From Thalassobaculaceae bacterium (GTDB lineage: Bacteria; Pseudomonadota; Alphaproteobacteria; Thalassobaculales; Thalassobaculaceae): a stretch of 64,000 nucleotides of DNA. Made by a program: the position numbers and the translations under genes. How positions within the stretch are numbered: the first letter of the stretch is position 1; each line of letters starts with the position of its first letter. This document shows positions 57,560 to 64,000 of this stretch, piece by piece. Under the pieces are notes generated by a model, which saw nothing but the letters and a program-made list of their open reading frames with translations, had not been told where the DNA came from and searched no databases. The DNA lies in contig OY829383.1 in assembly GCA_963691835.1 (NCBI GenBank), positions 3,184,457 through 3,248,456 on the forward strand, in the 5' to 3' direction.

Positions 57560-58231
57560 TCAAACACGGGTGGTTGCCTGCACTTCAGTGCACCGGGGTG
57601 CACACGCGATAGCTTTGTTACTGAAGACCGGGAAACCCGTATAGCGATCCGAGTGATCCCCATACGCGTCCAGCCAGCCGTCCCGAACGAGCCACCGTTT
57701 GGGACGCTGGTAGGTGAAGACCTCGCGTATTGGCCGCTCGTGCCATCCCACGTTGAACGTCCCCGGCGAGGTGAAGAAGGTTAGGCGGTGGTAGGGCAGA
57801 TGATCGTGTACCCACCAAGCCATCTGGTTCGATGTCTCTGCCCACGGGCCATGATCGGCCAGCCACGGAACGGCGATACAGGCCGCAGCGCCCCGGTAGC
57901 CCTGCTCGTCCAGCAAGTCCCACACGTGATAGGCCGCGTTCTTCGCGTTGCTAGCGCACTTGAGCCGCCGCTGCGCGCCGAACGCGTTGAGTGCGAGAGA
58001 GCGGTAGCCGGATCGGACGATGATCGGCCCGAACGCTTCTGCGATCGGCTCTAGGATCGCTTCGCACAACTGTTGCCCGTTCTCGATGGCGAGGTCTGGG
58101 TCTACTGGGACGTTCGGCAGGCGATAGAACGCCGCAATCTCTGAATGCAGGAACTGCCGCATCTGGAAGTGCTTGGACAGACGCACCCGCCCCAAACGCT
58201 CCAGATCGGAAAACCCCCCTATGTAGTGCAT
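57560..58231 (-). CDS. Peptidase M15 (Peptidase_M15_3 / D-Ala-D-Ala carboxypeptidase-fold)-like protein, no signal peptide
   Basis: LSKHFQMRQFLHSE...LCEAILEPIAEAFGPIIVRSGYRSLALNA follows the N-terminal consensus of M15_3 peptidases as I recall it. The downstream H/D metal-ligand spacing (AAYHVWDLLD) looks atypical. Confidence 0.45.
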   Translation of the reverse strand: MHYIGGFSDLERLGRVRLSKHFQMRQFLHSEIAAFYRLPNVPVDPDLAIENGQQLCEAILEPIAEAFGPIIVRSGYRSLALNAFGAQRRLKCASNAKNAAYHVWDLLDEQGYRGAAACIAVPWLADHGPWAETSNQMAWWVHDHLPYHRLTFFTSPGTFNVGWHERPIREVFTYQRPKRWLVRDGWLDAYGDHSDRYTGFPVFSNKAIACAPRCTEVQATTRV

Positions 58232-58315
58232 TGGTTACTCCCTCAATACCCCATATGGTACCAAGGGAGCGATCTTCTGTCAAGAAAAATACAATTAAAT
58301 CAATAAGTTATTCGG

Positions 58316-59029
58316 TCACTCCAGCTTGCTCAACGCTGCCGGGATGTCGATACTTGGTCCTGCGTAGGCCGCGACGGGCAGTTTGTTGGCCCCCGCTGTC
58401 AGGTGGGGCATTCCCTTGATGTGCGTCATCGCCGTGCCGTTCACAGGCGCAATCAGCAAATCGACATTCAACGCCCGGCCCACCGCGTACAGCCCCATGA
58501 GATCGCGTGCACCGACGCCCATGGCCTGACAACCGACAAGACGAGCACCCTCCACTGTCTCCCATCCGCAGCGAATTGCATTGAACCTGCCGCGATCGAA
58601 CAGCGGATAGTTGGTGCTGTTGAGGCGGAACGCATAGTAACTCTCCAATGCGCCCTTTGCGGTCTTCGCATCGGCGCTCGTTGCCGCCGCCACCGCCGAG
58701 CCGCTAATCGCAGGTCCACCTGTGTGCATCGCGTTGCACTTGATTTTCCATCTGTTCTCAATGGCGTGTGCGAGGAGAGCATAGAACGAGACGCCAGTCT
58801 GCTCCTCCAACGGTTTGTTGAGCTTGCGGACTTCCGCCTCGGCCCATTCATCGGCCTTCGCGATGTCCGTGAACCGCCTCTGGCTCTCGCGCGTGATCTC
58901 CAGCGACTGACGCTCGTACTCGCAGTACGCGGGGAGCGCCGCTTCCGTGACTTCCGCTGCAACGGACACATTCGCCACGCCAGCAACAACCGCGAAAGCA
59001 ACCATCGCGCCCACAAGCCTTCTCGTCAT
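58316..59029 (-). CDS. Hypothetical secreted protein
   Basis: 237 aa with signal peptide MTRRLVGAMVAFAVVAGVANVSVA/AE, four Cys residues, and no recognised domain. Confidence 0.55.
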   Translation of the reverse strand: MTRRLVGAMVAFAVVAGVANVSVAAEVTEAALPAYCEYERQSLEITRESQRRFTDIAKADEWAEAEVRKLNKPLEEQTGVSFYALLAHAIENRWKIKCNAMHTGGPAISGSAVAAATSADAKTAKGALESYYAFRLNSTNYPLFDRGRFNAIRCGWETVEGARLVGCQAMGVGARDLMGLYAVGRALNVDLLIAPVNGTAMTHIKGMPHLTAGANKLPVAAYAGPSIDIPAALSKLE

Positions 59030-59155
59030 TACTGTCTCCCACCTGAGGTGTTGGTTCGAGTTGAAGGCTATACTCCCATCTTAGCCTCGGAATTTCAATC
59101 CAAAGTCGTAGAAATGTCTCGTGTCAGAAGTCATCACCAATAGGGATGCTTCGGC

Positions 59156-59506
59156 ATGGAACTTCGGGTACTCGTCGGACAAAGGACCAGGTCTTTGCGC
59201 CGCGCTGCGGGACAAACGCAGCGGGACCTTGCGGACGCGCTTGGGCGTCAGGAGGAAACGATCAGCGCGATTGAGCGGGGATTGAACCTGCCCAGCGAGG
59301 ATACGTTGATCGGGCTCAGCCGGGTGCTTGACGTTCCGGTGCACGCCTTCTTCGAGGTCGGCGACATCTCGGCCAAGGATCGTGAGAGGGAAGCGATGAT
59401 TGCCGAGGTGCTTGCCCTGTGTCGGCAACTCCCCAAACGGGATTTGGAAATCGCCCTTCGTCAGGTCGAAGCGTTCTCACCCAAGCCGCCGTCAGAGGCT
59501 CTCTGA
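59156..59506 (+). CDS. XRE-family helix-turn-helix transcriptional regulator
   Basis: GQRTRSLRRAAGQTQRDLADALGRQEETISAIERGLNLPSEDTLIGLSRVL is a canonical HTH_3 (Cro/C1) domain. It is the only plus-strand gene on the island. Confidence 0.8.
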   Translation: MELRVLVGQRTRSLRRAAGQTQRDLADALGRQEETISAIERGLNLPSEDTLIGLSRVLDVPVHAFFEVGDISAKDREREAMIAEVLALCRQLPKRDLEIALRQVEAFSPKPPSEAL

Positions 59507-59552
59507 GAGCCCTGCAGCACGTGCCCCCCATGGTCCCCTCTCCAATCGTGAT

Positions 59553-61358
59553 CTAGGGCTCTCTGCGTGCCTCGGAGGCGCTCGGGTATAGGTGCGAGAG
59601 GTCGAGGTCGGGGTACTCGATCAGCGCCACCAGCTTTGCCAGTTCATCAATCGGGTAGTCGCCACCGTACCGGCTAGCCATACCCTTGCCGTCGCTCCAC
59701 CCGAATACGTCGTCGATCTTTTCGTCCGCGCGATGGCCTGCCTCTCGAAATAGATCGGCGCGGCGGAGTGCCTGTCGGGCCGTGTGCCGGAAGGAGTGGA
59801 AGTCCACGTTGTTTCCATCAACGCCGACAGCCTTGCGGAAGGTCCGGTACAGCTTGGAGAACCGGTAGCTTGGTTTCCTGCCTTCGATCAGCATCTCCGG
59901 GAAAAGGGCGCCATTGCCGGAACGTCGGCACTGTCCAACGAACTCAAGGAAACCCAGTTTCACCAACTCGGGGTGAACCGGAACGTCCCGGATTGCGTTC
60001 CGCGTCTTCACGGACATCCATTCCTCGTCGTTGCAGATCGACAGGTATGGGGTGCCCGCGTCAGTTGCTCGCACGTCTTGTGCTCGAAGCTGACAAAGTT
60101 CGCCAGCACGGGCTCCCGTGAAAAGCCCGAGAAGGGGTAGCCAGAACCGGCCTCGTTTTGGTCGGTTGGGACCGGGCCTGTTGAACCCATACTCGTCGTT
60201 GCGGCATCCGGTGTAGAGCGGTGAATTGAATAACGCGCGGAGGTCTTCGATCTCGTAGGCGGTCCGATGCTTCCGCTTGCCATCCTTGGAGCGAGTGGGT
60301 TCGATCAACTCGAAAGGGTCGCTGGTCATCAGCTCGTGACGACGGCACCAGCGAACGAACCTTCTTAACTCCCGTTCGTAGTCGGCCCTGACCCTTTCCG
60401 AGATAGGTAGCTGACCGTCCTGTTCAGCAGCGGTTACCGCTTCGGCAAGTGATAGCTCCGGATACTTCTTGCGGCGGTTCGTTGGAAGTCTGGCGGTCGA
60501 GCGTAGGAAGGCCTCGACATCCCGAGCCTTCATTTCATCGACTTGGAAGGTGTCGCCGAAATGGCTGCGGATCACCTCGTGCCATCTGGAGACCTTCGAT
60601 GCCTGCTCATGGTCGCTGGACGAGCGTGATGCTGCCGTTTCTTGTGCGAACCGTTCGAGCGCGTCCTTGATGTTGGTGCCGGAACCTCGTCGCACGGTTC
60701 CGGATTTTCGCTCTGTCTCAAACGGATCGTCATTTCCAAACAGATGATCCCGGATCGCCTGATCCTCGCCGGTCTCCAGCGTCTGGAGATGCCGACGCTC
60801 CAGCTCCATCATCGCTTGGCGCAGAAGCTCGGTCAGATGGTCATGTTCTGGATCGCCGACATTGCCCGCATACCCATGCTCGGTAAGTAGCGCGTTTGCT
60901 ATGTCTTGAGTTGCGGCGAGTGTTCCGCCGTCGTCGGGATCGGCAAGTTGGGCCAACATAGAACGAGCATCGTCGATGGCCTCATCGAGATGTTCGGGTG
61001 TTCCCGCCCAGCGGTCTGCCAGCTCCTGCCGATACCACCGCCGCGCAAGTTCGGTCGCAGCCGAGCGGGTCAGAGGATTTAGTTCCCCGCTCTGCAATGC
61101 CTCACGGCGTGTACGCCTTAGGCGTTCTTGACGGGTCGGCGCACGTTGACGAACACGCACGCCGGGATGGTCCAACTCGAACTGCTTGCGTTCGAACTCG
61201 TCGCGCCATCTGGCAGACACTTCGTACCAAGCGCGCTCGGCCTCGGCTCGATCCTCAGTGCCGAGTGATACCCATATCTGCGACTTGCCGTAGAGGTCCC
61301 GCAGGCCACGGGGGACAGTGGCACGGTAGTACCACATCCGTGACCGCTTCCGGGTCAT
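59553..61358 (-). CDS. Tyrosine-type site-specific integrase
   Basis: C-terminal catalytic domain with GARAGELCQLR (Arg), HSFRHTARQ (H-x-x-R) and MASRYGGDY (Tyr). The long N-terminal arm-binding region WYYRATVPRGLRDLYGK is typical of alphaproteobacterial island integrases. It sits adjacent to the tRNA. The start may be 61358, 61337 or GTG at 61409. Confidence 0.85.
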   Translation of the reverse strand: MTRKRSRMWYYRATVPRGLRDLYGKSQIWVSLGTEDRAEAERAWYEVSARWRDEFERKQFELDHPGVRVRQRAPTRQERLRRTRREALQSGELNPLTRSAATELARRWYRQELADRWAGTPEHLDEAIDDARSMLAQLADPDDGGTLAATQDIANALLTEHGYAGNVGDPEHDHLTELLRQAMMELERRHLQTLETGEDQAIRDHLFGNDDPFETERKSGTVRRGSGTNIKDALERFAQETAASRSSSDHEQASKVSRWHEVIRSHFGDTFQVDEMKARDVEAFLRSTARLPTNRRKKYPELSLAEAVTAAEQDGQLPISERVRADYERELRRFVRWCRRHELMTSDPFELIEPTRSKDGKRKHRTAYEIEDLRALFNSPLYTGCRNDEYGFNRPGPNRPKRGRFWLPLLGLFTGARAGELCQLRAQDVRATDAGTPYLSICNDEEWMSVKTRNAIRDVPVHPELVKLGFLEFVGQCRRSGNGALFPEMLIEGRKPSYRFSKLYRTFRKAVGVDGNNVDFHSFRHTARQALRRADLFREAGHRADEKIDDVFGWSDGKGMASRYGGDYPIDELAKLVALIEYPDLDLSHLYPSASEARREP

Positions 61359-61494
61359 CAGTCCGGGGAATTTCGCCACGTCTTCCACGCCTCTGGTGTA
61401 GCACAGCACCAGAACACGCGCAGTCTGTAAGTGGCTGATATCGCTTGCTACCTGTCGAACCCTAAGGTTTCTGCGATGTTCACGAGGTAGCTAG

Positions 61495-61518
61495 AAGTGA
61501 TTGGTCGGGGAGAGAGGA
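61495..61518. repeat. Proximal att-type direct repeat (overlaps the 3' end of tRNA-Pro)
   Basis: aagtgattggtcggggagagagga. 61500-61518 is identical to 51700-51718 and covers the last 17 nt of the tRNA including CCA. Confidence 0.85.
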
Positions 61519-61578
61519 TTCGAACCTCCGGCCCCTGCCTCCCGAAGACAGTGCTCTACCAGGCTGAGCTACTCCCCG
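61502..61578 (-). tRNA. tRNA-Pro (anticodon CGG)
   Basis: Minus-strand sequence CGGGGAGTAGCTCAGCCTGGTAGAGCACTGTCTTCGGGAGGCAGGGGCCGGAGGTTCGAATCCTCTCTCCCCGACCA folds by hand into a cloverleaf. It has a 7-bp acceptor stem, D arm GCTC/GAGC, anticodon stem CTGTC/GGCAG with loop TTCGGGA, T loop TTCGAAT and an encoded CCA. Confidence 0.9.
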
Positions 61579-61653
61579 ACCAGGGATCGAAGGGCCTTTA
61601 GCGGCCTTCGAGGACGGGCGCGGCGGACCGGGCCCGTTCGGGATGAGGGCCGG

Positions 61654-62670
61654 TCAATACGCCCTTTCCACGCAGAAATCAACCACCTCGGTCAGGGCCT
61701 GTTTGGGGGCGCCGTCGGGGAACAATCCGAGCGCGTCGCGCGCGATCGAGGCGTAGTGGCGAGCCCTGGAGAGCGTGTCCTCGAGCGTGCCGTGCTTGGT
61801 CATCAGCGCCTGGGCGTGGGCGAGGTCGTCGTCGGTCTGCTCCAGCGTCTCCAGGGTGCGTTTCCAGAACGCGCGTTCCGTATCGTCGCCGCGGCGGACG
61901 GCCAGGATGACCGGGAGTGTGATCTTGCCTTCCTTGAAGTCGTCGCCGACGGTTTTGCCCAGTTCCGCCTGCCGCGCGGAGTAGTCCAGCAGGTCGTCGA
62001 CGAGCTGGAAGGCGATGCCGAGGTTGAGGCCGAAGCTCTCGAGCGCCTGCTCTTCGGGCTTCGGCCGGTCGGCGACCACGGCGCCGATGCGTGCGGCCGC
62101 GGCGAAGAGCTGGGCGGTCTTGCAGCGGATGACCTCCAGATACTGCTCCTCCCCCGTGGCGGTGTCGTTCGTGGTGACGAGTTGCTGGACCTCGCCCTCC
62201 GCGATGATGGCCGAGGCCTCCGACAGGATCGCCAGCACCTCGAGTGAGCCGTCCGCGACCATGAGCTGGAAGGCCCGGCTGAACAGGAAGTCGCCGACCA
62301 GGACGCTTGCCTGGTTGCCCCAGACCGCGTTCGCCGATTCCTGTCCGCGGCGCAGATCGCTCTCATCGACCACATCGTCATGAAGGAGCGTGGCCGTGTG
62401 GATGAACTCGACGCAGGCCGCGAGCTTGGTGTGCCGGTCGCCGTCGTAGCCGACCATCGCCGCCGCGCCGAGCGTGAGCATGGGGCGAAGACGTTTGCCG
62501 CCCGCCGCGATCAAGTGTCCGGCCAGTTGCGGGATCAGGGCAACCGGGCTCTGCATGTGCTCCATGATCGTCTCGTTGACGCGGACGAGATCGTCCCGGG
62601 TCAGATCGAGAAGCGGATCAATGGAGGGGCGACGCCGGGCGCCGTCACCGAGATTGACCACAACGCCCAA
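61654..62670 (-). CDS. ispB: Octaprenyl/polyprenyl diphosphate synthase
   Basis: 338 aa. First and second Asp-rich motifs LLHDDVVDESDLRRG and FQLVDDLLDY. N-terminal region typical of long-chain trans-prenyltransferases. Confidence 0.85.
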   Translation of the reverse strand: MGVVVNLGDGARRRPSIDPLLDLTRDDLVRVNETIMEHMQSPVALIPQLAGHLIAAGGKRLRPMLTLGAAAMVGYDGDRHTKLAACVEFIHTATLLHDDVVDESDLRRGQESANAVWGNQASVLVGDFLFSRAFQLMVADGSLEVLAILSEASAIIAEGEVQQLVTTNDTATGEEQYLEVIRCKTAQLFAAAARIGAVVADRPKPEEQALESFGLNLGIAFQLVDDLLDYSARQAELGKTVGDDFKEGKITLPVILAVRRGDDTERAFWKRTLETLEQTDDDLAHAQALMTKHGTLEDTLSRARHYASIARDALGLFPDGAPKQALTEVVDFCVERAY

Positions 62671-62811
62671 AGAACTCTCCGATTTCTTGACGTCTTATCA
62701 TTACGCCGAGAGCATAGATCCGGCCACTCTCTGGTCAAGAGGCACGCTGTCGCGGACTTGGGAAGCCATACCTGTCAGGAATATCCCTCCAGCCATAGGA
62801 ACCGAGCACAC

Positions 62812-63024
62812 ATGGAAGAGCTTCTGCGCACCAACGATCCCGTTCGGCTGTCGTTCCTGACGGCCCTTCTCCGGGATGCGGGTATCGAGCCGGTCGTGCT
62901 GGACAGCCATATGAGCATTCTGGAGGGGAGTGCGAGCGCCATCCCAAGCCGTCTTGTCGTGCAGGAGGAGGATGCCGGGGCCGCCCGTCGTATCCTGGCC
63001 GACGCCGGAGAGCCGGTCGATTGA
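62812..63024 (+). CDS. Small DUF2007-like protein (putative signal-transduction fold)
   Basis: 70 aa: MEELLRTNDPVRLSFLTALLRDAGIEPVVLDSHMSILEGS...AARRILADAG matches the pattern of DUF2007 proteins. It lies 3 nt upstream of the methyltransferase gene. Confidence 0.55.
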   Translation: MEELLRTNDPVRLSFLTALLRDAGIEPVVLDSHMSILEGSASAIPSRLVVQEEDAGAARRILADAGEPVD

Positions 63025-63027
63025 GCC

Positions 63028-63771
63028 GTGGGCGACCTGGAGACAACGCGGGACACCATCCTCGACGGCAAAGTGACTTTGCACCAGCCGAAAGAAGGCT
63101 ACCGGGTGGCGGTGGATCCAATTCTGCTGGCCGCCACGGTGCCACCGGAGGCGTCGGGCATGTTGGTCGACCTCGGGGCGGGCAGCGGCGCGGTCTCCTT
63201 GTCCGTCGCCTACCGTTGTCCCGGGTTGAGGGTTGTCGGGGTAGAGATTGACCCGGCCACGGCCGGTCTGGCGGCCCGGAATACGGACGAGAACGGGATG
63301 TCGGACAGGGTCCGGATACTCGTTGCCGATATCCGCGAAACAGTGGGCCATCTGGGATTGGGCTCAGCCGATCTCGTTATAGCGAACCCGCCCTACCTGC
63401 CTGCCGCCCGGTCCGACCCGTCTCCTAATCCAGGCCGTAAGCGGTCGGACGTCGAGTCGACGGCAACGCTCACCGACTGGATCAACGCGGCTGCGGCCGT
63501 GCTCCGGCCGAAAGGGCGGATGACGCTGGTTCATCGGGCCGACCGGCTTGAGGAGATCGTCTCCGCGCTTGCTGACCGGTTCGGTGAGGTGACGGTGCAC
63601 CCCCTTTGGCCGAAAGCCGGCCGCGACGCCAAACGGGTGCTTGTCTCCGCCCGCCTTGGGGTCCGCTCGCCCTCGCGGATGACTGCCGGAACGGTCCTCC
63701 ATGAGCCTGACGGCACCTATTCGACAGTGATGAAGGGCATCCTGGGCGGTGATCACCTGCCCTTGTTCTAG
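63028..63771 (+). CDS. N6-adenine-specific methyltransferase, tRNA1(Val) m6A37 (YfiC/TrmN6)-like
   Basis: SAM motif LVDLGAGSGAVSL and catalytic tetrapeptide in LVIANPPYLP. GTG start at 63028. Confidence 0.7.
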   Translation: MGDLETTRDTILDGKVTLHQPKEGYRVAVDPILLAATVPPEASGMLVDLGAGSGAVSLSVAYRCPGLRVVGVEIDPATAGLAARNTDENGMSDRVRILVADIRETVGHLGLGSADLVIANPPYLPAARSDPSPNPGRKRSDVESTATLTDWINAAAAVLRPKGRMTLVHRADRLEEIVSALADRFGEVTVHPLWPKAGRDAKRVLVSARLGVRSPSRMTAGTVLHEPDGTYSTVMKGILGGDHLPLF

Positions 63772-63866
63772 GGCCGCAGCCGAAACGAAGGAGGCGCGGC
63801 CCGATGTCACCGCCTGCCGTGACAGCCCGGGCTGGACATGGCGGCGGCGGCACGGCAAGGATGCGC

Positions 63867-64000
63867 CATGGGTCTTCTCAGCGCACTCAATCCGTTCTCC
63901 CGCAAACCGCCGTTGGTTGCGGTCGTCCAACTGACCGGCGTGATCGGCATGATCGGTGGCTTCGGCCGGTCGATCACGATGGAAAAGACGGCTCCGCTTC
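63867..64000 (+). CDS. S49-family (SppA/SohB-like) peptidase, N-terminal fragment (runs off the window)
   Basis: The ATG at 63867 opens MGLLSALNPFSRKPPLVAVVQLTGVIGMIGGFGRSITMEKTAPL with no stop before the window end. The VAVVxLxGVIG pattern is typical of S49 peptidase N-termini. Only 44 codons are visible. Confidence 0.45.

Larger units (their letters stand above)
51695..61518. mobile_element. Integrative genomic island at tRNA-Pro(CGG), ~9.8 kb
   Basis: Bounded by the direct repeats above. A tyrosine integrase lies adjacent to the tRNA. The content is entirely accessory: ATPase/protease pair, orphan, serine recombinase, peptidase-like protein, secreted protein and XRE regulator. Spot GC counts of single 60-nt lines give ~47-52% at 52.2-55.4 kb versus ~65% at 12.0 kb. 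Confidence 0.85.

Noticed and set aside
57454-57663. Upstream ATG (57663) that would give a 281-aa serine recombinase
   Set aside because: The extension would overlap the 3' end of the neighbouring M15-like gene by ~100 nt. It adds about 70 residues before the catalytic YFRVSTDRQ box, which normally lies within the first ~15 residues of resolvases.
61579-61653. Imperfect hairpin (cgaagggcc...ggccttcg) between ispB and tRNA-Pro as a terminator
   Set aside because: The stem is short and bulged with no U-run. It is plausible but too weak to call from sequence alone.

Overview
High-GC (spot counts about 65%) alphaproteobacterial-type chromosome segment, mostly housekeeping and membrane or transport genes. 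Identified genes include proC (partial), a TetR regulator, a porin, the petABC cytochrome bc1 operon with mtnP appended, trmL, hemF, a TAXI-TRAP transporter, tamA-tamB, purB, mtnA plus a class II aldolase, a LOG-family gene, a LysM protein, psd-pssA, ndk, an arylsulfatase, ispB, two class III nucleotidyl cyclases, a split Aer-like PAS/MCP pair, and an IclR-linked oxygenase cluster. The standout is a ~9.8-kb integrative island (51695-61518) inserted in the 3' end of tRNA-Pro(CGG). It is bounded by a 19-bp perfect direct repeat and carries a tyrosine integrase, an XRE regulator, a serine recombinase, an M15-like peptidase and a secreted protein. It also contains a visibly lower-GC three-gene block: a 476-aa orphan, an AAA+ ATPase and a 740-aa S8 (subtilisin-type) protease. 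The tightly linked ATPase-protease pair has the architecture I recall for the ietAS anti-phage system; its mechanism is unknown and the extra gene and extra domains are unexplained. All calls rest on reading the translations and motifs by eye. No database search, HMM or folding program was run. Many long ORFs in the six-frame track are antisense artefacts of the high GC content and were not called.
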